A stretch of 32,438 nucleotides of DNA from an uncultured bacterium. Lineage in GTDB: Bacteria > Vulcanimicrobiota > Vulcanimicrobiia > Vulcanimicrobiales > Vulcanimicrobiaceae. The stretch spans positions 1-32,438 of the forward strand of contig CAXTIY010000002.1 of assembly GCA_964244215.1 (NCBI GenBank), written 5' to 3'. The notes under the pieces were generated by a model, which saw only the letters and a list, made by a program, of their open reading frames with translations, did no database searches and had not been told where the DNA came from. The position numbers and the translations under genes are program-made. Below, piece after piece: positions 1 through 8,628 of the stretch; position 1 is the stretch's first letter, and every line of letters starts with the position of its first letter.

Positions 1-1
1 A

Positions 2-553
2 CCTTTTAGCGGCAAGCCGGGAACGTTTTCGCGCACGCCGAATCGGCGCGACTACGCTGTAGAGCCGCCACCCAATCTCTTGGATCGCTTATCGAATTCC
101 GGCACGAGCGTTCACGCGGTGGGAAAGATATGCGATATCTTCAGTGGGCGTGGCGTAACGACGTCGTCGCGCGTTGCCGATAATGAAGAAGCGATGGAAC
201 GCACCTACGGGCTTTTGCGTTCTATCGATTCCGGCTTTATCTTCACGAATCTCAACGACTTCGATACGAAGTTCGGTCATCGGCGCGACGTGCGCGGCTA
301 TGCTGCGGCACTCGAGCGTCTCGATGGACACGTGCCTCGTCTCGAAGCGCTCTTACGACCGGGAGACCTCGCTATCTTTACTGCCGATCACGGCTGCGAT
401 CCGACGGCGCCAGGTTCCGACCACACGCGCGAGTTCGCGCCGTATGTGGAAGTCGGAGAACGCCGCGGGTCCGTAGGCACGATTCGTGGCTTCGACTATG
501 TCGGTCAGCGGGTTTCGGAGACGCTGGCAGCGGCCGGCTCGGCGCGCGCTTGA
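2..553 (+). CDS. deoB: phosphopentomutase, C-terminal part (5' end lies outside the window)
   Basis: The frame is open from the window edge (PFSGKPGTFSRTPNRRDYAVEPPPNLLDRL...). Motifs GKICDIFSGRG, FTNLNDFDTKFGHRRD and FTADHGCDPT match conserved DeoB segments. TGA at 551-553. Confidence 0.85.
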   Translation, partial: PFSGKPGTFSRTPNRRDYAVEPPPNLLDRLSNSGTSVHAVGKICDIFSGRGVTTSSRVADNEEAMERTYGLLRSIDSGFIFTNLNDFDTKFGHRRDVRGYAAALERLDGHVPRLEALLRPGDLAIFTADHGCDPTAPGSDHTREFAPYVEVGERRGSVGTIRGFDYVGQRVSETLAAAGSARA

Positions 554-1236
554 CGCCGCAGACGAAACTACCCGGATTGCTCGCACCTCCCCGCCGTAAA
601 CCGGCCCTCGCACGAGCCCCGCGCCACGTGCCGGCCTCTTGGACGGCCCTTAAGCGCGTCCTCGACCTCGCCGTATCGGTAACCGTCATCGTAGTCGCTT
701 CCCCGCTCGTCGCTCTGGCGGCGCTCGGAATCGTCTGCGTTTCACCGGGGTCTCCGTTTTTTTGGCAAGAACGCGTCGGCAAAGACGGTCGACGCTTCAA
801 ACTCTGCAAACTTCGCACCATGATCGACGGCGCTCATCTCACGCACGATGAAATGCGCTCCTTCAGTGAAGTCGACGGACCCGTGTTCAAGCTCCGCAAC
901 GATCCGCGCCTCCACCGGCTCGGGAAGCTACTGCGCCGTACGAGTATCGACGAGCTACCGAACCTTATCAACGTAGTACGCGGCGATCTGTCACTCGTCG
1001 GACCGCGGCCACCGCTGGTGTGCGAAGTGCGCTCCTACGACGATTTCGCGCTCCGGCGTCTCACGGTCAAGCCCGGCATCACGTGTTTGTGGCAGATCTC
1101 CGGTCGCTCGAACGTTTCGTTCGATGAATGGATGCGACTCGATAATCATTACATCGATACGTGGACGCCGCTCGGCGATTTCGTGATTTTGCTCAAGACG
1201 ATTCCCGCGGTCGTTGGTGGCGAGGGCGCTCATTAG
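550..1236 (+). CDS. undecaprenyl-phosphate sugar phosphotransferase (small PglC-like bacterial sugar transferase family)
   Basis: 228-aa ORF with a TTG start overlapping the deoB stop (TTGA at 550-553). One N-terminal hydrophobic helix (LDLAVSVTVIVVASPLVALAALGIV) is followed by PFFWQERVGKDGRRFKLCKLRTM and IDELPNLINVVRGDLSLVGPRP, which are typical of phosphoglycosyl transferases. Confidence 0.85.
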   Translation: MTPQTKLPGLLAPPRRKPALARAPRHVPASWTALKRVLDLAVSVTVIVVASPLVALAALGIVCVSPGSPFFWQERVGKDGRRFKLCKLRTMIDGAHLTHDEMRSFSEVDGPVFKLRNDPRLHRLGKLLRRTSIDELPNLINVVRGDLSLVGPRPPLVCEVRSYDDFALRRLTVKPGITCLWQISGRSNVSFDEWMRLDNHYIDTWTPLGDFVILLKTIPAVVGGEGAH

Positions 1237-2863
1237 TCGTCGCGGCGGCGATCAAGCGCGGATTATCTTACGCGCGGTTCCGACGACGACGAACCGCTCA
1301 CTCGCCCGCTCGACGATCGTCGTCATGGCCGCGACGCTCGTATCGAGCATCCTCGGTTTCGGTCGAGAAGTCGTCGATGCTCGGTTCTTCGGCACGCAAA
1401 TCGAGATGGACGCTTTCCTCGCGGCCGTAACGATCCCGACGATCCTGTTCGGCGTATTCAACGGCGCGCTCGTAAGCGCACTCGTCCCGGTCTTCTCCGA
1501 ATTCGTCGCACGCGGCGACGATCTCGCCGTATCGCGTTTGGCGAGTACGGTCTTCAACCTGCTCGCGATCGGTCTATCGCTGCTCGCCGTGATCGGCTGG
1601 GTCTACGCGCCGTTTTACGTGCCGGTCATCGCGCACGGTTTCGGGCCGGATCAGTTGCGTATGACGATCGATATGACGCGCTGCCTCATGCCGAGCATCG
1701 TCGCTACGAGCCTTGCGGGCGTGGTCAGCGCCATGCTCAACGCGCGCAATCGTTTCTCCGCAGCGGCCTTCGCCGGTATCGCGGTCAACCTCGTGACGAT
1801 CGCAATGGTGCTCGCCTTCACGCAACGTTTCGGCATCTTTTCACTCGTGCTCGGCACGGCGCTCGGGCTCGTCGCGCAACTGCTGGTGCAATTGCCCGAA
1901 GTCGTGCGCTCGCAGATGTATCGGCCCGTAATCGACCTGCATCATCCGGGGCTTGCAAAGATATGGCAAATGCTCGGACCGATCGTCGTCGGCTCGGCCG
2001 CGGGGCAACTCGCTATCTTCTTCGACCGGCATTTTGCCTCGACGCTGTCGGCAGGCTACATCTCCGGTATGAATTACGCGACGAAGCTCGTCGGCTTTCC
2101 GCAGCAAATCTTCGCGGTCGCCATCGCGACCGTTATTTTTCCGCTACTCGCATCGCAGTTTGCAAGCGCCAATCGCATCGGCATGCGGCGCAACGTCGTC
2201 ATGGGGCTGCGGCTCGTGAATTTCATCACGATACCGGCCGTCTTCGCGCTCATCGCGCTCGCGCACCCGATGATCGCGGCACTTTTTCAGCGCGGCGCAT
2301 TTCGGAGCAGCGCGACCGATCTCTGCGCGGGTCTGCTTCCGTATTCGGCGATCGGCCTCGTCGGTCTCGCCGCATGCATCGTGCTCACGCGTTGCTGCTT
2401 CGCGTGCCGCGAGACGCGCTTTACGGTTGCCATTTCCGTCTTTACGGTGCTGCTCAACGTCGGGTTGTCCCTCATCTGGCTCGGCCCGCTCGGAGCGCGC
2501 GGATTGCTGCTCGCAAATTCGGTTAGCCAGTGGGTACAGGCGGCGCTCTTATGCACCCTCGTCTGGCGTTTGCTCGGTGGTTTCGATTGGCGGGTTCTCG
2601 CCGCATCCGCGCTTCGTATCGCGATCTGTTCCTGCGTGATGATTTTCGCCTTGGCATGGATCGCGTCGCTCGGGGTCAGCGTCGGGCCGACTTTCGCCGC
2701 CCGTGCGTGGTATCTCGTCGGCCAAGTGACGATCGGAGCGTTCGTCTTCCTCGGAGCGGCGCGGTTGATGGGCGTCGAAGAGCTATCGATCTCGGCACGT
2801 TTGTTGATGCAGAAATTCGAAGCGAGCGAGCCGCCGGAGAATCTCGAGATCACGATTGCTTGA
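1214..2863 (+). CDS. murJ: lipid II flippase MurJ/MviN
   Basis: ~549 aa and polytopic. The N-terminus SLARSTIVVMAATLVSSILGFGREVVDARFFG...DAFLAAVTIPTILFGVF matches the conserved MurJ start. The start codon is uncertain (TTG 1214 or GTG 1217); either overlaps the upstream gene end. Confidence 0.85.
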   Translation: MVARALISRRGGDQARIILRAVPTTTNRSLARSTIVVMAATLVSSILGFGREVVDARFFGTQIEMDAFLAAVTIPTILFGVFNGALVSALVPVFSEFVARGDDLAVSRLASTVFNLLAIGLSLLAVIGWVYAPFYVPVIAHGFGPDQLRMTIDMTRCLMPSIVATSLAGVVSAMLNARNRFSAAAFAGIAVNLVTIAMVLAFTQRFGIFSLVLGTALGLVAQLLVQLPEVVRSQMYRPVIDLHHPGLAKIWQMLGPIVVGSAAGQLAIFFDRHFASTLSAGYISGMNYATKLVGFPQQIFAVAIATVIFPLLASQFASANRIGMRRNVVMGLRLVNFITIPAVFALIALAHPMIAALFQRGAFRSSATDLCAGLLPYSAIGLVGLAACIVLTRCCFACRETRFTVAISVFTVLLNVGLSLIWLGPLGARGLLLANSVSQWVQAALLCTLVWRLLGGFDWRVLAASALRIAICSCVMIFALAWIASLGVSVGPTFAARAWYLVGQVTIGAFVFLGAARLMGVEELSISARLLMQKFEASEPPENLEITIA

Positions 2864-4154
2864 ACTTATCGGTCACGCGCGGCGGCTGGCGCGAAACGAT
2901 TTCGTGCGACAGTCGTTCATCGTGTTTTGCGCGAGCACGCTCGTCAACGCGCTCGGCTACGCGTTTCACTTTGCGATAAGCCGCCGAATCGGCGTCGTAC
3001 AGTACGGCGTCCTCTCCGCGCTTAACGCGGCCTACATGATCTGCTCGACGCTCGCCGCGATTACGGGCACGGTCGTGATAAAGTACGTGGCGGAGCTGCA
3101 CGCGGTCGGCGACGTGCCGAAGTTAACGCTCTTCATTCGCAAGCTCATGGCATTTAGCGCCGTTGCGGCCGTGGTTGCGATCGCCATCGGCGTGCTCGCG
3201 TCGCATGCGATCGCGAACTTCCTCAAAGTGCAGGACGTCGACGCGATCGCGCTCGACGTGGTGATCATCGGTCTCACCGTTGCCAACGCTCCGCTTCGGG
3301 CCGTCTTCGTGGGCCTCGAAGAGTTCGTAACGTTTTCGGTTTTCGCGACGATGGAGAGTTTCGTTAAAGCGCTGCTCGGCATCGGGTTCGTGTATCTCGG
3401 TTTCGGCGTGACGGGAGCGTTCGCCGGATGGACGATCGGTTCGACGCTCAGTCTGGTCGCGACGGGAACCGTGCTGCTACGCCGCTTCGGCAAAACGCGC
3501 GACACGAAGCTGTACGTCGATTTTCGCAGGCTCATGCTGACCACGGCGAACGTCGCGCTCGCGACGGTGATGCTGACCGTCATCGGTTATTTCGACGTAA
3601 TCGTCGTAAAGCATTACGCCGATCCGACGACGGCCGGCCTCTATGGCGCGTTATCGCTATCGGGGAAAATACTATTCTTTTTCGTAGCCTTCGTGCCGAC
3701 CGTGCTGCTGCCCAAGGCGACGCGACTCGCACTCGGCGGACGCTCCGCACTCCCGATCTTCTTGCAAGCGATGGCCGTGATCGTCGCTATATCTGCAATC
3801 GGCCTAGTCGTTTACGGACTAGCCCCCGCGCTCATCGTCACGACGCTCGCCGGTGCCTCTTTCGCGCCGGCGGCCCCGTACGTCTTCTCGTACGGCGTCG
3901 CGATGGTGATGCTCGCTGCGCTCAACGTCGTGGTGACGTTTAAGATCGGCTTGCATCGTTTCGATTTCATCGTTCCGCTTACGATCGTCGCGATCGGAGA
4001 GATCGCCTGCATCTCACTGCATCACGCTCGACTGAGCGACGTCATCACCGTTTTAATCGTGGGCAACGCGCTCGCACTCGCAAGTTCGCTCTATCGTATC
4101 GACGCGTCGGTCGTCGTGCGGGTTCCGGTGCGTTCGACCGCCGACGTGGCATAA
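2856..4154 (+). CDS. polysaccharide/oligosaccharide flippase-like membrane protein (Wzx/MOP superfamily)
   Basis: 432 aa with ~12 hydrophobic segments and no soluble domain. The TTG start overlaps the murJ stop by 8 nt. It sits in a glycan cluster. The call rests on topology and context rather than a specific motif. Confidence 0.6.
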   Translation: MLELIGHARRLARNDFVRQSFIVFCASTLVNALGYAFHFAISRRIGVVQYGVLSALNAAYMICSTLAAITGTVVIKYVAELHAVGDVPKLTLFIRKLMAFSAVAAVVAIAIGVLASHAIANFLKVQDVDAIALDVVIIGLTVANAPLRAVFVGLEEFVTFSVFATMESFVKALLGIGFVYLGFGVTGAFAGWTIGSTLSLVATGTVLLRRFGKTRDTKLYVDFRRLMLTTANVALATVMLTVIGYFDVIVVKHYADPTTAGLYGALSLSGKILFFFVAFVPTVLLPKATRLALGGRSALPIFLQAMAVIVAISAIGLVVYGLAPALIVTTLAGASFAPAAPYVFSYGVAMVMLAALNVVVTFKIGLHRFDFIVPLTIVAIGEIACISLHHARLSDVITVLIVGNALALASSLYRIDASVVVRVPVRSTADVA

Positions 4155-5257
4155 CCGCGGGCCGCTCTCGTAACGCGCGCTCGATCGACGAGCGCTTGCG
4201 TCTGGGAGCTTTCGAGCGCCGCCACGATGCGTTCGGCCGCATCGCCCGCGCCGAAGAGCGGTGGATGTGCGGCCGGCCGCGGATAGTCGGCCTGCAAGGC
4301 GCTGCGGATCGCATTCGTATTCGCACCAACCAGCCGGTTCCACCCGGCGTCCACCGTGTTCGTCCATTCGGTCGTATCGCGTAACGTGACGCACGGCACT
4401 TCCGCGAAATACGCTTCGCGCTGCACGCCGCCGGAATCCGTAAAAATCGCTCGCGCGCCGCATTCCAGTGCGACGATATCTAAATAACCGAGCGGTTCGA
4501 TCGGCACGATCTCTTGCGGTAGCGTGAGGTCGAATTCGGCAAGCCGGGCCGCGGTACGCGGATGGATCGGAAAGATAACGCGTCGCGGGGCGCCCACGAA
4601 ACCTGCGACGATCGCTTGCAAACGTTCGCGGTCGTCCGTGTTTTCCGCGCGGTGCAGCGTCAGCAAATCGTACGGTTCTTTAGCAAGCGCACGTAAACGC
4701 TCGCCCAGTTGCGCGCGCGCCGGTTCTCGCGCGCGCAAAAAGACATCGAACATGACGTCGCCGCAAACGTGCACGTGGTCGCGCACGCCTTCGAGAGACA
4801 AGCGTTCGCGTGCGGCTTCGTCGGTTACCAGAGCGATATCGGAAATATGATCCGCAACGACGCGATTGATTTCTTCGGGCATCGTGCGATCGTACGAACG
4901 CATGCCGCCTTCGATGTGCGCGAGCGGTAATAGCAGTTGCTTGGCAGCGATGGCGCCGGCGAGCGTGCTATTCGTGTCGCCGCGCACGATAACGAGATCC
5001 GGTGCGACGCTCGCGATGACCTCCGCCAAGCCCGCGAGCATCTCGCCCGTCTGCGCGCTCGAGCCGCGCGCTTTCGTTCCGAGATTAAAATCGGGTTGCG
5101 GAATACCGAGTTGCTCGAAGAAGCTCTCCGACATCCGTTCGTCGTAATGTTGGCCCGTGTGTACGAGCACTTCTTCATGCCGCCGTCGAAGGACGCGCGA
5201 GAGCACCGCGACTTGCACGAACTCGGGTCGGGCCCCAACGATGGAAACAATCTTCAT
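4091..5257 (-). CDS. wecB: UDP-N-acetylglucosamine 2-epimerase (non-hydrolysing, WecB/WbpI-like)
   Basis: 388 aa. MKIVSIVGARPEFVQVAVLSRVL...VHTGQHYDERMSESFFEQLGIPQPDFNLG, VIVRGDTNSTLAGAIAA and DSGGVQREAYF are classic epimerase_2 motifs. The 3' end overlaps the convergent flippase gene by 64 nt. Confidence 0.9.
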   Translation of the reverse strand: MKIVSIVGARPEFVQVAVLSRVLRRRHEEVLVHTGQHYDERMSESFFEQLGIPQPDFNLGTKARGSSAQTGEMLAGLAEVIASVAPDLVIVRGDTNSTLAGAIAAKQLLLPLAHIEGGMRSYDRTMPEEINRVVADHISDIALVTDEAARERLSLEGVRDHVHVCGDVMFDVFLRAREPARAQLGERLRALAKEPYDLLTLHRAENTDDRERLQAIVAGFVGAPRRVIFPIHPRTAARLAEFDLTLPQEIVPIEPLGYLDIVALECGARAIFTDSGGVQREAYFAEVPCVTLRDTTEWTNTVDAGWNRLVGANTNAIRSALQADYPRPAAHPPLFGAGDAAERIVAALESSQTQALVDRARVTRAARGYATSAVERTGTRTTTDASIR

Positions 5258-5440
5258 TTGTCGCGTCGAACCTTGAATTAATTAAACGTCTAAAATAGCG
5301 CTTAGAGTGAGTTTCTTAACACGTTGTGCGGAGGGAAGCAACGCGGAGCGCCCAAGACGCGTTATACCGTAAGGCAAGAGCTTGTCCGCATGCTCTTTGC
5401 CGATATTGGTAAAAGGGTCCGGGGAGGCCCTTCGTTTCTG
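5258..5440. promoter_or_regulatory. divergent intergenic region between wecB (-) and the aminotransferase gene (+), containing the most AT-rich stretch of the window
   Basis: 183 nt without a credible ORF. It contains ttgaattaattaaacgtctaaaatagc (about 5273-5299) and a GGGGAGG Shine-Dalgarno at 5421-5427, 13 nt before ATG 5441. No exact -35/-10 pair with proper spacing could be assigned. Confidence 0.3.
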
Positions 5441-6574
5441 ATGATCGAGACAACCATTTCAGTACCGCTCGTCGTTCCGCATGTCGGCGAGGAAGAAGTC
5501 GCCGCGGTCGTTGCGGTCCTTCGTTCGGGCCAGCTCGCGCAGGGTCCCGAAGTCGCCGCTTTCGAGCGTGAATTCGCGGCCGCCGTGGGCATCGCACACG
5601 CCGTTGCCATGAACAACGGCACGGCCGCCAATCACGCGGCGCTCGAAGCACTCGGTATCGGCGACGGCGATGAAGTGCTCGTCACTCCGTTTACGTTTGC
5701 CGCAACCGCAACGCCGATTTTGATGCAGCGAGCGATACCACGCTTTCTCGATATCGATCCGCGGACGTTCAATCTCGACCCGGCCGCGGCTCTTGCGGCG
5801 AGCGGCTCGGCTACCAAGGGAGCGGTTCTCGTCGACCTCTTCGGTCTGCCGATCGATCCGGCAGGTCTCGGGAATCTTCGCTCCGCCGGCATTCGTTTCG
5901 TTGAAGACGCATGTCAGGCCATCGGAGCTTGGCGTGACGGACGGGCGGCGGGTTCTTTTGGCGACGCGGCCTCGTTCTCGTTCTATGCTACGAAGAATTT
6001 GATGACGGGCGAAGGCGGAATGCTGACCACGAACGACGATGCCGTCGCGGCGAGCGCCCGGCGCTTCCGCCACCACGGTCAAGGCGAACGTTACGAATAT
6101 CTGTCGCTCGGCTACAACTACCGGATGACCGATCTCAGTGCTGCGATCGGCCGCGCCCAACTCGCGCGACTCGGGTCGATCTCGGCCAGACGCCGCTCGA
6201 ACGCCGCACATTACGATGCGGGCCTTGCCGAAATAGCTGGGGTAACGACCCCGTTCGTTCCGCCGGGCGTCGCCCACGCGTACCATCAGTATTCGATTCT
6301 GATCGATCCTGCAGCGACTCCGAACGGAAGCGATCGCGACGCCGTTCGCACGGCGCTCGCGGCGCAGAACGTCGGGTCGGGCATCTACTACCCGACCCCG
6401 CTCCACCTCCATCCGCTCTTCGCGAGCTACGGGTACGGGCCGGGCGACTTCCCGGTTTCCGAACGCGTTTCCAAACAGATCATGGCTTTACCGATCCATC
6501 CGCTTCTCGAACCGGCGCAACTCGCCCATGTCGTCGCAGCGATTCGCGCGGCGGTCGGTGCGAGCGAGATCTGA
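5441..6574 (+). CDS. DegT/DnrJ/EryC1/StrS-family PLP-dependent sugar aminotransferase (WbpE/GnnB-like)
   Basis: The start is moved to ATG 5441, which is preceded by GGGGAGG; the track ORF begins at 5324. 377 aa. Motifs VPLVVPHVGEEEVAAVVAVLRSGQLAQGPEV, SFYATKNLMTGEGGML (PLP lysine region) and YNYRMTDLSAAIG. Confidence 0.85.
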   Translation: MIETTISVPLVVPHVGEEEVAAVVAVLRSGQLAQGPEVAAFEREFAAAVGIAHAVAMNNGTAANHAALEALGIGDGDEVLVTPFTFAATATPILMQRAIPRFLDIDPRTFNLDPAAALAASGSATKGAVLVDLFGLPIDPAGLGNLRSAGIRFVEDACQAIGAWRDGRAAGSFGDAASFSFYATKNLMTGEGGMLTTNDDAVAASARRFRHHGQGERYEYLSLGYNYRMTDLSAAIGRAQLARLGSISARRRSNAAHYDAGLAEIAGVTTPFVPPGVAHAYHQYSILIDPAATPNGSDRDAVRTALAAQNVGSGIYYPTPLHLHPLFASYGYGPGDFPVSERVSKQIMALPIHPLLEPAQLAHVVAAIRAAVGASEI

Positions 6575-6576
6575 GG

Positions 6577-7575
6577 ATGGCCGCGAACGTTCGGGTCGGC
6601 GTGGTCGGTTTCGGCGCTATCGGGCGCCATCACGCGCGCAATCTCGCAGCCATGCCGGACGTCACGCTCGTCGGCGTCGCGGAGAACTCGCCGCTCGCGG
6701 CGGCGCAAGCCGAGTCGTTCGGGCATCGCACCTTCGAGTCGAGCCGCAAGCTCATCGCCGAGGGTCTCGATGGGGTCGTGATCTGCGTGCCGACGAGCCT
6801 GCACGAGGACGTCGCAACCGATTTCATCGACGCGGGCGTCGCGTTGCTCATCGAAAAGCCGATCGCCCATACGATGGAGGCTGCCAAGCGTTTGATGGCG
6901 CGCTGCCAGCGGGCGGGCTTACCGCTCATGGTCGGTTACGTCGAACGCTACAATCCGGCGATGACCGCCATTCGCGATTTCGTTGCGGGCGGTAATCTCG
7001 GGCGCCTCATCAGCATGTCGGCCCGCCGCGTTGGTGTTCTGCCGCCGCGTATCCGCGATGCGAGCGTCTTGATCGATATCGGCGTGCACGATATCGATAT
7101 GGCGGCCTTCATCACGGGTGCCCGCCTCAATCTGCTTTGCGCGCAGGGCGGCATGGCCGTTCTTCAGGATCGGCTCGATTTTGCAACGCTGATGCTCGAC
7201 GCGGCCGGTTGCGTGGTGTCGATCGAAGCGAATTGGGTCACGCCCGTTAAAGTGCGCGAGCTTTCCATCACGGGTACGCACGGCTATTGCCGAGTCGATT
7301 ACATCACGCAGGAGGCCTGGTTTGCGCCGGGCGTGGCGTTCGAGCGGACGGGCACGTTTGAAGGACCCGTGCGCCAGTATAAAGAAGGACCGCTGATCTC
7401 GCTACCGGTTCACAAGCGCGAACCGCTCGCGTGCGAGCTCGAAGTGTTCGTCAACGGAATTCGGGGTGGTCCCTTGCCGAATCCCGGCATCGCGCTCGCT
7501 TCGCTACGCATCGCGGAGGAAGCGACCGCGTACATCAATCGTATCCCGACGGCACTTGCCGTCGCGAGCTTGTGA
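6577..7575 (+). CDS. Gfo/Idh/MocA-family NAD-dependent sugar oxidoreductase (WbpB/GnnA-like)
   Basis: 332 aa. N-terminal Rossmann fold VRVGVVGFGAIGRHHARNL, then LLIEKPIAHT. ATG lies 2 nt after the aminotransferase stop. Confidence 0.8.
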   Translation: MAANVRVGVVGFGAIGRHHARNLAAMPDVTLVGVAENSPLAAAQAESFGHRTFESSRKLIAEGLDGVVICVPTSLHEDVATDFIDAGVALLIEKPIAHTMEAAKRLMARCQRAGLPLMVGYVERYNPAMTAIRDFVAGGNLGRLISMSARRVGVLPPRIRDASVLIDIGVHDIDMAAFITGARLNLLCAQGGMAVLQDRLDFATLMLDAAGCVVSIEANWVTPVKVRELSITGTHGYCRVDYITQEAWFAPGVAFERTGTFEGPVRQYKEGPLISLPVHKREPLACELEVFVNGIRGGPLPNPGIALASLRIAEEATAYINRIPTALAVASL

Positions 7576-8162
7576 CGTCGACTCTCGGCGCCGGCGCCTA
7601 CGTCCATCCGACGGCGCTCGTTGAAGACGGAGCGCAAATCGGGCCGGATTGCAAAATTTGGCACCAGGCCCAGGTGCGAACGCGCGCTCGGATCGGAGCG
7701 CGTTGCATCGTCGGGAAAGGCGCTTTCGTCGATTTCGACGTCGTGATCGGCGACGATTCGAAGCTGCAAAATTACTCCTGCGTCTATCACGGGGTCACGC
7801 TCGGACGCGGGGTTTTTATCGGGCCCCATGTGGTTTTCACGAACGACCGGAGACCGCGGGCGACCGATCCCGGTTTCGCCCCGCTCCGCGACGGCAATTG
7901 GGAAGTCGGCGAAACGTCGGTCGGCGACGGCGCGGCGATCGGGGCGAACAGTACGATTTTACCGGGCATCGCGATCGGCGCTTGGGCGATGATCGGCGCG
8001 GGAGCCGTCGTGACGCACGACGTGCCGGCGTACGCGCTCGTCGTAGGAAGCCCCGCGCGTCGCCTCGCCTGGGTATGCTCGTGCGGCGACCGGCTGGCGG
8101 ACGACGCCAAAAGCTGCGGACGGTGCGGCGAGCTGCCCGCAGACCATCCGCTGCGCGCTTAA
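7572..8162 (+). CDS. left-handed beta-helix (hexapeptide repeat) sugar N-acetyltransferase (WbpD-like)
   Basis: GTG 7572 overlaps the upstream TGA (GTGA). 196 aa with imperfect hexapeptide repeats (IGPDCKIWHQAQV, IGARCIVGKGAFV, IGDDSKLQNYSCV, IGANSTILPGIAIGAWAMIGAGAVV). The C-terminal CSCG...CGRCG is zinc-ribbon-like. The track ORF start at 7431 lies inside the upstream gene. Confidence 0.8.
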   Translation: MTSTLGAGAYVHPTALVEDGAQIGPDCKIWHQAQVRTRARIGARCIVGKGAFVDFDVVIGDDSKLQNYSCVYHGVTLGRGVFIGPHVVFTNDRRPRATDPGFAPLRDGNWEVGETSVGDGAAIGANSTILPGIAIGAWAMIGAGAVVTHDVPAYALVVGSPARRLAWVCSCGDRLADDAKSCGRCGELPADHPLRA

Positions 8163-8168
8163 ACGCTT

Positions 8169-8579
8169 TTAGAAGCGGCGGACGTTCAGCAGGCCCGAAC
8201 TGCGGAAAGCCGTCTCGACACGATCGATGGTATCTGCTTTCGCGTAGTACGCGACGACCGTCCGGCCGCGTTCGAGGGCTTCGGCGTAGTTGCCGATCTC
8301 GCTTTCGGGAATTTCGAGATCGCCAAGGCGATCGTCGACGGCTTCGTTCCGGAAATACGAGGTCATCCGGCGCGAGCTGTTGATGCCCGGCACGCCCGTT
8401 CCCGTGCCGAAGTCGCCACTCGCTATCTCCGAGCCCGCGAGCCCGCTTCCGACCCGGTCCGCGCCTTCGCCGGGCTGTATGACCGTCAGGCCGTCCGCGC
8501 TGAGACCGGCTTCCGATAGCGCGAGCTTCAAGGCCGTGAGATCGCCTTCGGGCGAGAGTCCGGTTACGACGAGTGCCAT
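8169..8579 (-). CDS. hypothetical small cytoplasmic protein
   Basis: 136 aa. ATG 8579 is preceded by GGAGA with a 4-nt spacer. It is the last gene of the ECF sigma operon. The N- and C-terminal ~35-aa segments look like a duplicated small alpha/beta unit joined by a Gly/Ser-rich linker. No family recognised. Confidence 0.55.
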   Translation of the reverse strand: MALVVTGLSPEGDLTALKLALSEAGLSADGLTVIQPGEGADRVGSGLAGSEIASGDFGTGTGVPGINSSRRMTSYFRNEAVDDRLGDLEIPESEIGNYAEALERGRTVVAYYAKADTIDRVETAFRSSGLLNVRRF

Positions 8580-8628
8580 GGGGTCTCCACATTAGCGGCG
8601 AGCGGTAATCGTTGCTTTGGCCGTACGG

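Noticed and set aside
8157-8176. Short hairpin CGCTT-TTAG-AAGCG between the convergent acetyltransferase and small-protein genes, as a possible bidirectional terminator
   Set aside because: It has only a 5-bp stem and no U-tract on either strand, and it overlaps both stop codons. That is too weak to call.
7649-8592. Overlapping 244-aa (+) and 251-aa (-) ORFs across the acetyltransferase and small-protein region
   Set aside because: The translations are extremely Arg/Pro/Ser-rich, and other frames in the same DNA carry real motif-bearing genes.
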